Below, in pieces: positions 25,501-37,500 of a stretch of DNA of 64,000 bases. This DNA comes from Takakia lepidozioides. Lineage: Eukaryota > Plantae > Bryophyta. The stretch is taken from NCBI GenBank assembly GCA_030704615.1, contig CM060731.1:15376001-15440000 (forward strand), given 5' to 3'. Under the pieces are notes generated by a model, which saw only the letters and a list, made by a program, of their open reading frames with translations, made no database searches and was not told the origin of the DNA. The translations under genes were made by a program, and so were the position numbers. The number at the start of each line of letters is the position of its first letter. The first letter of the stretch is position 1.

Positions 25501-25850
25501 TAGTTATGGATTGCGCATTTGCTGCAAATCACACCAACTATCAAACTCTCGGATAAAATCATCCAACTCGATGGTGCCCACCGCCCCAGAGTACCTTCGT
25601 GGCCCCTTGGTAGCTCGATACATCTCCTCCATTGTGTCATACAACAATGGCAAGGAAACAACTTGCACCGCCGGTATGAGTCATCCTGATTCACAATCCG
25701 AATCAGAACCTTCCGTAGAAGACACAGGTGGTGAAGGTGGCCTAAACCGCACACCTCGTCTCGTGTACCCACTAGTATCGCTAGTGCTCGAACCGGCACT
25801 GTCCCCAGCAACTAGTGGCACCTCCGTGTTGACACTCAACCGGTCATAAA
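22560..25850 (-). pseudogene. gag-zinc knuckle-aspartic protease-DNMT polyprotein, truncated
   Basis: ORFs 25488-24751, 24750-24388 and 24363-22492 share one frame, split by single stop codons. Gag: EKLRSLQEFQQKPTESLREAFTRM. Knuckles: CWTCGGPHVKKDC and CGHYGKHGHGEAQC. Protease: VLLDSGAQ (~23594-23619). MTase motif I LLDLFDGI (~22890-22915) and motif IV DLVVAGWPCQ (~22630-22659). The start is approximate. Confidence 0.9.
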
Positions 25851-26569
25851 CATGTCCCTAACCCCCTCTCCACAAGGTAACCGGGTAGAGAACCTGTTGT
25901 GGCTTATGGTTTGGAATACTAAGTTCTTAACATAGCCTACACCTGTACCTGCATCCACCGCAAGCACTCCTATGGTTGGCTGGTCATCACCTCCAACCTC
26001 ACCACAGGAGAAACAATGATGGTCTGGCTGGTTATCACCCCAGCCTCACCATCGACAGCATGCTCTAGGACTGGCCGGTGATCAAATCCGGACCAATCAC
26101 CTATAAAAACAAGCGCTCACACAAAACTAGCATGTCGCACAGTCAAGCATGCAGGTATGGAGGGGATCCAAACACAAGAAATCAGAACGACAACTCCCCC
26201 ACACCAAAAACAACTCCACGGTGTTGCTCCTACAAGGACACCCCAGCCCAAACCCGGACTGACTCTTGCCTCCACCTACGGAAAGGTCTTGGCCTAATGA
26301 GAGGGTGGAAACTACGAGGAAGAGAAGCTAAAGCAATGCCTAACCCCAGCATGCCCTCATCCCAACACTCTTCATCTCCTCTCTTCCCTCACTTGCATGA
26401 CCATGGGAATATCATGAAGATACTCCTCAAACCGCCCTCCACGAGCTTCAAAATTCGGCCTTCAAGACCACATGCCAGTCCTTAGGCAGTCCACTAGTGC
26501 CTCCACGAGTCAGCACAGGCCGTCCACAGGTCAACACGGGCCACCATAGACCAGCACAGGCCCACACAG

Positions 26570-27575
26570 CTCACTGGTCACAACCGTCACAGCCCCACAC
26601 AGGCCACAACCTATCACAGCCCTACACATGTCACAGGGTCACAGCCCCACAGGCCGCAGCCTGTCACAGCCCGTCACAGCCCCAAAGGCCACATGTCATA
26701 GCCTGTCAAAGCCCCCACGGCCACAGGTCACAGCCTGTCACAGCCCCACAGGCCACAGGGCACAGCCTATCCCAGCCCGCCACAGCCCCTCACAGCCCGT
26801 CACAGCCCCACAGGCCACATGGCATAGCCTGTCGCAGCCCTACACAGGTCACAGGGGTCACAGCCCCAAAGGCCACAGCCCGTCACAGCCCCACAGGCCA
26901 CAGAGCACATCCTGTCACACCCCCTCACAGCCCGTCACAGCCCCACAGGCCACATGGCACAGCCTGTCACAGCCCTACACAGGTCATAGGGGTCACAGCC
27001 CCTCATAGCCCGTCACAGCCCCACAGGCCACATGGCACAGCCTGTCACAGCCCCTCATAGTCCATCACAACGTGTCACAGCGTGTCACAACCCCACAGGC
27101 CACAGGGCACAGCCCACCACAGCCTGTCACAGCCCCACAGGCCACAAGGCACAGCCTGTCACAGCCTGTCACAGCCTATCACAGCCCGTCACAGCCCCAC
27201 AGGCCACAGGGCACAGCCTGTCACAGCCCGTCACAGCCCATCACAGCTCGCCACAGCCTGTCACAGCCCGTCATAGCCCCACAGGCCACAGGGCACAGCC
27301 TATCACAGCCCCTCATAGCCCGTCACAGCCCCACAGGCCACATGGCACAGGCTGTCACAGCCCCTCACAGCCCATCACAGCGTGTCACAGCCCGTCACAG
27401 CCCCCGCAGGCCACAAGGCACAGCCTGTCACAGCCCATCACAGCCCCACAGGCCACTGGGCACAGCCCGTCACAGCCCATCACAGCCCTACAGGGCACAG
27501 GGCACAGCCTGTCACAGCCCCTCATAGCCCATCACAGCCCCATAAGCCACAGGGCACATCCTGTCACAGCCCGCA
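26570..27575. repeat. ~1-kb minisatellite (gtcacagcc-based 10-11-mers) in the retroelement 5' leader
   Basis: Dense tandem cacagcc(c/t)gt and ccccacaggcca units. Confidence 0.95.
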
Positions 27576-28059
27576 ACAGACCACTCATGACAGTTTAGCC
27601 ATTTCTCCAAGGGGTTTAGCCACGCTAAGCTAGGGTTTGTGTCTCTTGGACTCTAGACTTCTTTGCACCGAGCTATGGCGGCTGTGAAGAAATCAGCAAG
27701 GTATTCTTGCTCTTTCGGCTCCCACACACCACCAATAGTAGCCCTAAGCCATGAGGAAGATGGTTGCCACAAACCAAGCCTTCTTTCTCACTTAGACTCC
27801 TCAAACACGCCACTAAATTCAATGGCAAACAACCAAGCTTGCTGGTTTCTAGCCCTTGTGAGCACTCATTCAAGCATTTCCCTTGGTCATAGCATCTGTT
27901 TTAGAGCCTATTCCAGCCCCCTACACCTGCCACTTCAAGAGCCATGCTCTATCTAGGCTTGAGGTTGAAACTCCAACTCATGACACGCTCTACAAGTGTC
28001 GGACTGTCACATAAGAGCAGATCAGCTCCTTACCTTCTCTTCTAGTTCTCTAAAGCTTG

Positions 28060-28420
28060 AAAACAAAAGCCCAATGGGCTGAAGGCATGCTCCACACATG
28101 CCCCACTCTCACCACGAGAGAATCAGCACCTTTGCTTTCTTTCTTGCACCCACCAACCTGAAAATACACGCTTCAGCGGGCTGGAAGCATGCTCCACACA
28201 TGCCCTACAGGGAAACCAGCCCCTTCCTTCATTTCTTGCACTCCCAAACCTGAAAGTACAAGCCTTCAACAGGCTGAAAGCATGCTCCACACATGCATTG
28301 CTCTCACATAAGGGAAGTCAGCCCTTCCCTCTTCCTTGCTTGCCCTCCAAGCTTGAAGATGGAAGCTTCAATGAGCTGAATACATGCTCCACACATGCAA
28401 CCTCTTCACACAAGAGGTAT
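28060..28420. repeat. Four ~100-bp tandem units in the retroelement leader
   Basis: ctgaa.gcatgctccacacatgc at ~28079, 28182, 28274 and 28376. Confidence 0.8.
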
Positions 28421-28949
28421 CAGCCCCCTATCTTGGCTCCTTAGCTCCTTGATGCTCTCTAAGACAAGACTAAGCACTCCACAGCCCTTGCCAAGCTCCT
28501 GAAACCCTAATGCTTACATTTCCAGCCACAAGACACTCATTTTGTGGTGTAAGAACTCTTCTTCCAAGCTCTGAAACCCTAGGTGCACATTCCATGGCCT
28601 TGCCGCACCTCTTAGCTCCTGTTCCAGCCCTGCTCATGCCATGACAAGAGCCCTCTTAATGCTGAAGCTCGAGATTGAAACCCAATCTCAACATACTCCA
28701 CAAAGTGCACTGATTTGCCCCAAGCCAAATCAGCCCTTTTGCTTGGTCTTGCAATCCTGCAGCATGGTGCTTTCATCTCTGAAGCTGAAGATCGAATGCC
28801 AAGGTCTACCACCTCGTAACCCACATCGCCTCCGCTTCTAACAACCAAGAGCTCCACGGTGCTCCTTGCATAACAACTTGGTTTCTCTCATTCTCAAGCA
28901 AAAACCACAAGTGCTACAACTAACTCGTATCTGGCACTCACAGATACGA

Positions 28950-28965
28950 GCTCATCTTTCTCGAG
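28950..28965 (-). promoter_or_regulatory. Putative self-priming primer-binding site
   Basis: Sense CTCGAGAAAGATGAGC directly follows the CA of repeat B'. It is complementary to 22210-22225 (16/16) and 29131-29146 (15/16), and lacks the TGG start of a tRNA PBS. Confidence 0.7.
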
Positions 28966-29292
28966 TGATAAAGAAAAAGAATACAAGCACAAGCTCATGC
29001 GAGCTCACAAAGCTGAAGCATAAACTCATGCATATATAAACTCATCACTCAAATACAAGTCAAGCCAAGTGCACCCCACGCCATGGGGAATCCACACTAC
29101 GGCGCCATAGCTAGGCGCGGTGAGGCTCAACTCGAGAAAGATAAGCCTCCCGCGCTTGCCGTGAAGATAACCACTCCAGGGCCTAAATCTGCCTTGACCC
29201 CTGGATTGACACTTGGGCCAATCCCAAATGTCAATATGTAAAAGCTAGCTATTTCCTAGCTAGTTTCACACTAGTGGTAAAATAACTTGACA
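28966..29292 (-). repeat. Terminal repeat segment B' (5' end of element)
   Basis: ~98% identical to 22044-22371 (about 7 differences, mostly transitions). Confidence 0.95.
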
Positions 29293-31036
29293 ACCTAAAT
29301 GGCAAGTCGTGGTGGGAAAGCAACCGACACATGTACGTAAGAGTTCATCACAATCAATTCGCAAGACTTGTCCATTGAGTTCCATCCCATATTATTGGGG
29401 TGCGCTTTATGGGGGTGCGCTACAAGCGCGTTGGCTCGTCGGCGAGGCTTGTCGCCCCATATATAGAAGTGCTACATAGGGCCCAACCTCAAAGGGGGTC
29501 ATTAGCCGTAAGACAAAATGACTCTTAGTTACGCCGGCTTTGATCGGAGTTTTTTTTTTTTTTTTTTCTCTAGAAGTGCTAATTGTACTTGGCCGTTTCT
29601 GTCCGTTTCCTCCCTTAAATGGTAGGCTGGTACATGAAAGGACCATTTTATACTACAATAAAACACAGACTAATTTGAGAGTATCTCTTGTTAGTTTTTT
29701 TTTTTTTTGAGTGAACAAGGGACAGAGCCCTGACTTCATTTTATTGAGTTTATTGCGGGGAAAAAAATTAAAACCCTTGGTTACGCCGTGAGGCCGACAC
29801 ACCATAGTCAGTGAAAGACGATTTAGTTCTAGATCTGGATGTTATGTACTTCATTACATTACAATATAATTATGTTAAACTAATTTATAATTATAATAGG
29901 GCAGGGCTCGCATGTATTCCATGCATTTGTTTTGACGATGATTTTCACAATGCTCGCACTCCTTCAAATAATTTTAATGTCAAGTCTTTTGCATTTTTTC
30001 TTCTTTATGGATCTTTTCCGTGGCTTCACCTCTTCAGTCTTCCTTTTGTTGCCACCGCCCTCCTGGCTCAGAAAGGAACAAAAGAGCGCCGAATTCGCAG
30101 CAGAATTAGAGGCTATTGGTGAATAAGCTATACCGTCGCTTTGTTTGGTTATGTTTTTTTTCTTAAAAAACAAAAGGTAACGGCGCCCCTGTTAATCAAA
30201 TTAAAAACAAGGAATTAATAACCTTGGGAGTGTCGACGATGAAGCACCCATGCAAGATCAATTTCCTTCTTGGATATATTTTCGACGCACCACAAGCTTA
30301 TTTGTGTGGTGATGACAAAACGAAAGATACTAGATACTTATTCCTAAGACGCTCATTCATGGTTGGATTGTGTAAACAGTCCTTCTGTCTGTGCAATCTG
30401 TGACTCATTTTCTTGCTTTGTTTACGGATTGTCTGCAGACACCCACTATCACTCATCCACAATTTCTTAGTGGGGCTGAAGCGCATGTTGCCTAACGGAT
30501 GTTGAAGACATGCTGGTTGGATGTTTGCTTATGTAGAAGAGAGACTAGGCATCATGTTACAAGTCAACGGAGAAACAAAATGTGGTCAAAGGACCTTACA
30601 CCGTGTCAAGGCACTGATTGCTATGCTCACCGCCCCCTTATGTTTTGTCATCATGAGAGCCCATTGCCGTTTGAGGCTTGTTTTAGACTAGAAAAACTGA
30701 AAATGTTGCTCCTAAGTTTGGAAGGGGTTGGAGCGAGAAGATGATCAGCAGTGCAATCTCTGGGGTTGTCTAATTGCTCAGTCGACATGTAAGAGAGTTT
30801 GATCACAGTGTAGGTTCACCACGACTGTCCACCTCCCAAGATATTGGGAGAGAAAGGTAGGAAGGGGGAAGTGTGACGAAGAGAGAGAAAGAGAGAGAGA
30901 GATAGAGAGACTCTGGATATGTTCAAAGAGAGTCATCATCTTCTTCGTCTTGTTGATCACATTGAGACTTTTCTGTGAAGAGTTGGCGTTCTGATCTTCG
31001 TGCCTGGTAGGTGCCTTGTCCTTAATGCCCTAGATC

Positions 31037-34000
31037 ATGGTAGGAATGAAGGCGCGAAGCAGTTCTCAAGTTCCGGGTTGCTCGCCCTTGTCGATCTTCG
31101 CAGGCATTGCACTCGTCCTCGTTACATATGCGTGTAAGTGGTGCTTATCATGCAATTGCCTGGATGTTGTTTGGAAAGATCCTGCGTTGCAACTGTGGAT
31201 CCATTATCTCTTTGCAGGTAGCTGCCCCTTTAGTTGCTTCTCCATACAAATGTGGCGGTTTGCAGGATTTTTTGAGGGTACCTAGTTTAGTTCCAGACCA
31301 AATGAGGACTGTTGATGAGGATTTGGAAGTGAATCTCTGTTTATACTGGCAGGCACGCGGCTACTTGGTGAGGGTCCAGGGGTGCCTTGCGACAATCAGG
31401 AACAGAGCTACGAGGGCCCGCTGCTCCAAAGGAGTGGGCTCTTCAAGTATTATGGGAGCCTAGCCGGTGTGTTTGGGCATTGGACCAAGGGATGGCCACA
31501 GCGAGGTTACGGAACCCATCTCTCACTCCAAATTTATGTGTACGAGGTGGATGAGATTGACGGTCTGAAAGAGCTTCTTGGTGGCCGTGACCACACCATC
31601 AACTTCACGTCTTGTGTGAAGGGGCAGTGGGGAACTCAGGTCCGTCTTTTCTCCCATTTTTGTCTGCTGTGCCCAAGCAAATTGTAGCTTTCAACCCGGA
31701 TCTCGCCTTCAAGGATTTGTGAATGTTTCCTGGACCAGCACTGAGAACTTTCTGGCTCTGCCTAGATACAAGTTAGGCGAGTGATAAACTAGATCCCTTT
31801 CAGCTCAAGACACAAAATTCACATACATCTGGTGTTGTAAATCCACCTCCCTCCCTCTAACCAGGTTCATTTTCCTCTCTTAGTTTTGTGCATCTCTTTC
31901 CGCCTTTGTTCTTTCTGGACTGTCTCTAGCTAGCTGCCCATCTGTGTATTTCTCTGATTCTTCTTTCACACAGAATTTTCTTTGGTTTCTCTCTCTTTTT
32001 CCTCCACGTCATGTCTGGTCTCTGGCTCTAGTTTTCTCTCTGAGGTTTCATGAATTTCCACAATATCCTATAGATTGTACTCATAAGACGTTGTTTGCCG
32101 TAGCCTTGTGGCCATTGACCCCGCGCCCAGTTTGAGCGGGAACAAAAGGGACAGAACCTACCTCTGTCAGGGGCTGACGTTGGTAGTGTGACTTACCATC
32201 ATATATAGAATTAATCCAGGTTTTCCAGATATCCTCTAGAAATCCCTTCACACAAGCATCAATCTGCTGTGTGTGATTTGCCTAAAAACTAGGCCTCAGG
32301 AGGGCCTGGGCTTTTGGCTCAGCCTCGAGACTTTCAAAATTGTTAAACAGGGGAACAGGCACAATTCCCTTGATAGAGTTGAAGAGAGCGTCTCTTTGGT
32401 GAGAGAACCCCGGACAGTGTATCAGAAAGTGAATACTGTCTTCAGATTGCCCACACAGCGGGCAATTGCACTCTCCCTTTCCTCTCTGCTTCTGTTTGCT
32501 GTTCAAAGGTAGGCTTCCTGCCCTGAGTTTAAATTTCAGTCTAGTGCCGAGAGTGGGTAGACCCTTGAGGTCATCCAAGATGTCCTCCCCCATGTCACTG
32601 ACTGGAAACAAGTTCAGGGAAGTTTTCTGCCTAACTTCATTTTCATCAGACAATCTCATGGCAACAGACATGGCTGAGGACACTACAGCCTCTAAGTCAG
32701 ATTTACCCAGCAGGGTCAAGGCTTGCGGATCCAGGTCCAGGTCCTTGAGAATCTCTTCTACTCTCTTCTGCCAGGACTTAGCCTGTTTGACAGGGCGGTC
32801 CTTTTTCCAAGATATAGAGTCGATTAACTTAGGATATCTGGTGTTGGGCATATGTTGCAGCTGACCCCACCATCTGACCTTGAATTCATCTCGTCGGGAG
32901 CTTAAGGACGGAATGCCAAACTCACCCCGAACAGCCACATTGGCTGTTTTGGAGCATGCTGACATACACGCCTTAAGCACCCCCACTTGAATGGATTCTA
33001 GAGACTTAGCCTGGTTGGAGTTATCAACCCATATAGCAGATCCGTACTCCAAGGCAGGTCTAATAACGCGACAAAGCATGGTTTTCTTAACCTCAGAGTT
33101 GACCCCTCTGCAGTGGAAAAATTTAGTGAGCCCCAGAGCTTTGCCCTTGCCAGTTTGAACAACTTTCCGGATGTGCATCCCAATTACAATTGGAGGAAAA
33201 CTCAACGGCCAGGTAAGTGTAGGAAGGGAGGACCGGGATCTCTTGGCTACCCCACTGCCACTTAAGATCACTTCCTCCCTCTCCTCTGTCGTTGAATGCT
33301 ACCACTGCACATTTGCTGACATTAGCCTCTAGCCCCCAAAGATCAAAGTATCTCTTCGCGCAATCAATCAACTCCTGGAGATTGGTTGGAGTCTCCCCTA
33401 TGCCTGCAAAGTCATCCGCAAACATAAGGGCTGGTATGGTGGTATCACCCACCCTTAACCCAAATCCCTCACTTTCCACATCCTCGAGGAGTTGATTGAT
33501 GAAAACATTGAAGAGCAGAGGGGAGAGAGTACATCCTTGAGCTACACCTTGGTCTATGTCAAAGAAGTTGGACTTCTGTCCGTTAACAGTGACACAGCTT
33601 TTGGTGTGAGCATACAAGTTGTGGACAACTCTCCACATCTTTCCCTTGATCCCACAAGACCAGAGGCGGAACCATAGGCCATCTCTCCACACTGTGTCAT
33701 AAGCCTTTTTGACATCCAGGAAAAAAACATAAGTGGGTTTCCCTTCTTTTTTCCTTCCCTGGATAATCTGGCTTAGAGTGAAGATATGATCCACACAGCC
33801 CCTGTTTCGCCGAAAGCCAGCTTGGCCTTCGTGGAAACAACCTCTAGACTCCAGATCAACCTCGAGACGAGTACTTATAACTCTGCAGAATGTCTTGCCA
33901 ACAGCATTGAGGAGCGTGATGCCACGGTAGTTCCCCGGTTCTTCTCTGTCACCCTTCTTGTATAGATTGACAAAGAGAAAGAGCAAGTGGACTTGGTTTG

Positions 34001-34554
34001 TCATAGTTTTGTTTCAGCAGACTTTGGATAAAGACTTTTTCATGGTTGGGACGGTGGGATGCCATGGGAGAGCAGGCTAAAATCTACAATTTATTTCTGG
34101 AGTCAAGCTTTCGCACCCTGGATAAGGAAAAGGCAGACTTCTTTTTTGTGCCCTCGTACGTGAAATGTGTACGGATGAAGGGAGGCCTCACTGACTCTGA
34201 GATCAGTGACACATATTTGAAGGTGAGCTTGAAAATGCTGTTTGCTTGGTTGCACACCATTGGACTGCACACAGTCAGAGAGAAATGTACTCATAAGGCG
34301 TTGTTTTCCATCAAGAATGTACTCATGAGATGTTGTTTACTTTAGCCTTGTGGCCATAGAGGCTCCCAGTTTGGTGGAAGAACAGGGAACAGACACTCAC
34401 TTTGTGAGGGGCTCACTCCAGTAGTGCGGCTTACCCTGGTATAAACAATTGGTTTGGGAGTTGCTCTAGAAAGCTCTTCATCAATCTGCTGTGTGTGAGC
34501 TGCAGAGCAATTACATCCTTAGACATGTTTGCTAGAGAGAGAGATGTACTCATA

Positions 34555-34586
<32 letters not shown>

Positions 34587-37500
34587 CTCATAAGACGTTG
34601 TTTGCCGTAGCCTTGTGGCCATTGACCCCGCGCCCAGTTTGAGCGGGAAAGAGAGAGAGAGAGAGAGAGAGTTAAGTACTGGAAAACCAGGCTTACTTGC
34701 TGCATGAAGAGCAATCGCCTCGTATATGTAGGCTACCAAGCATTTCCGGGCTTCAAATGTGATGTCTCTGCCACGGATTGTCAATTTTTGAAGAGCCAGT
34801 AGTATCTTTCTTGAATATCATAATATGCAGAGACACAGAGAAAGCATAAGTGGGGAGGGCGCTGCATGGGGTTTGGCAAGCCCTTAACTCTAGCATAGTT
34901 TGGTGTAAGCTCCTAGATGGGTGGAAGTGGTTATGGTATCACTGAGGGAGGTCATGGCACATGACATTTTGATACAGGTGGTAAAGCAACTGCCTTATTT
35001 CCGGCGCTCTGGAGGGCGGGATCATATATTTGTCTTCCCGAGGTATCATCCTGCTTAGTTTCACTATGGGCGATAAATCTTTCTTGTCCACCTGTCCAAT
35101 ATGGCCAAGATTATGATCAGTACGGTGTAATAAGTCTAATATATTTTTTTTCTCTGTCCTCCTCAGAAGACTACAGTGAGCATATGAGTACATCTCTCTT
35201 GCTCTCCTCCTGCATACAAATTGAAATTGTGGAATGCCTGAGCAGCTTGGTGGCAGGATTTTAGAGAGAGATAGTAATACTATTAACGCTGTAGAAAACA
35301 TGGTTACTTGTCTCAGTAGTAACTTTGTTTTCTCCAAATTTGTGTCTGAGCTGCAGCCTTGATGGTTGATGGATGGTCGGCATGCAGTGGAGCTGGAGCT
35401 CATTTGGTCAAGGACTGGGCTCTCTACCTTAACCGTTCCATATTCCTCACTCCTGAGGTACAGTCACACTTTTGCGCTGCTCTTCCAAATTAGCCATGTG
35501 AGGCAAGAGACAAATTCAAACCCAGACTTGAACCCAGAATGAATATGGTGAAGCGATAGCTAAATCAAAACTATTTGATTAGGTAGGAGATTTGAAGATG
35601 AGGTAAGAGATTTGACTGATTTGAAGTTTCGACTTACAATTGTGGAGCAGGGAGATCGGACAGACAAGCGGAGTAGCAGCGCATTCAACACATGGAAGGA
35701 TGTTCTCATCCCTGGTAATGTTGACAATGGCATACCTTTTGCAGCATCCATGGTGAACTCAGTTATTAGGCCTATGCCTTTGGGAAAGCGAAAGTTTGTA
35801 GCCAACTTTCTGGGCCGAGCACAGAGCAAACATGGTCGACTCCAGCTTATTGAGCTTGCCAAGCAGTTTCCTGATGAGGTCTGCTCTTTCTCTCACTTAC
35901 TCTGCTAATAACCACCTCCAACACCTGTTCAGGTCCCAAAAGTGGTGTTGTCCATGTATACACGGTCTATTTTGTCCATTGGAGGTTGCATTTTGTATTG
36001 TATGGAATTTAAAGGAGGAGGTTGTTTTTACAGTAAAGAGAGAGGTTACGTGTCCCGATGAGGCCTGCAGCATTGTTTTTTGACATCAATGGAAGCCCCT
36101 TATTGTAGCCATTCTGCCTTTATAGTGACACACATGACTTTCAGAGACCATTAAGCAGATTTCGTCTGTGTGTTTGCATTGCGGTGCAGTTGGAAGCTCC
36201 TGTGTTGGAGTTTCGAGGGCCTGCAAAACTGGATCATAAGGAGTATTGGACACACATGCGGAATGCCAAGTTCTGTTTAGCTCCTCGTGGGGAATCCTCA
36301 TGGACTCTCCGCTTCTACGAGGCTTTCTTTGTGGTTAGTACAAATATTCCAAGCAAGAGAGTTGAGAGTAAACCCTATTTGTGTGTTGCTCCATCCCTGG
36401 GACTAGAAGGAAGAAGAAGGAAGACTCTTGCCGAAGCACTTATGGTGTCATTTCACCCCGAAGGGCTTCTGTTTGGAAGGTGGACACCTTCTAACGGCCG
36501 TAACCGGGGCAACGCAGTTGCCCAACCCTCCCCCAAGGACTTGAAAGTCCCCAGGTACCCACACATTAGTAACCGGTTGACCCAGGTATCCCCTTTCTAT
36601 GGCTGGGTTGACCATAGAACACCGTACAGGAGAAAACTAGTACCTTGGGCCATTTGGCGTCGGCTGGTGTGCACTATTTTCTGGGGCCAATCATGTACCA
36701 CCATGCATCTTTTGCAAGTTGTTACCCACTACGTGCTACCACATGTCCAAAGTGGGCTTCAGAACCGACCATTCCTCTTCTATAATGTGTGCTACTATAC
36801 AAACGAAATCTCGAGACTCTGGAAGTCTCCAAGGCCTTGTGAGCGAATGGCTGACAAGTAGCAGGGCATGAGGATGTTAACCCCCATGTTGAGGAAGTCA
36901 TTCTTGTGGCACAGAGTTTTGGGGTGAGCTGGTGTATTGGGCCTGTGTGTATCACATTGATCATTTGAGGTTCCGGTCTGATCAGCCTCGGACAATATGT
37001 TTGGTACATCCGCTGATCTGGTCTTCACTCCTCCAGGTCCTCTCAAGGCCTATGTGAAGCGAAGCCTTCTGGCTGATCTAGCAGGCCTCGCAGAGCTGTC
37101 CAATACCTATGATACAAGTCGATTGTGATGCACCAATTTGAAAAATCATACCTCTTATCTCTATGTATTCTGGTGCATGAACAGGAGTGTGTACCGGTGA
37201 TATTATCAGATGAAATAGAGTTACCGTTCCAGAATGTGCTGGACTACAGCGAGTTCTCCATAAAATGGCCCACTTCTCGTATTGATGAAGACCTTCTGCA
37301 ATATTTGCGCTCGATCCCTGGTACTCTCGCTCTCTCTACACATGCATGGGCTAATCCAATTCACTTTTTTGTCTCCATAATTACTCATTCTTCTGAGACT
37401 TTTACTGGATTTTGCAACAACAGCTACATGTCTGACATCTATGTAGAGGTAGAGAGCTACATTGTCAGTCATATAATGAATATTAGAACTCCGTGATTTT

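Larger units (their letters stand above)
21879..29292 (-). mobile_element. Internally deleted Ty3/gypsy-like retroelement with split terminal repeats and a C5-DNA-methyltransferase domain
   Basis: Starts TG (21879) and ends CA (29292), with TSD acct at 21875-21878 and 29293-29296. Repeats are A 21879-22042, B 22044-22371, A' 22374-22549 and B' 28966-29292. The gag-PR-DNMT frame is on the minus strand. Confidence 0.88.

Noticed and set aside
26497-27633. Pro/His/Ser/Thr-rich ORFs
   Set aside because: They are translations of the gtcacagcc minisatellite, antisense to the element.
22044-29292. Conventional LTR element bounded by the two B repeats only
   Set aside because: The flanks (cacaa vs accta) give no TSD and no PPT adjoins B. 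The TSD fits only when A is included.
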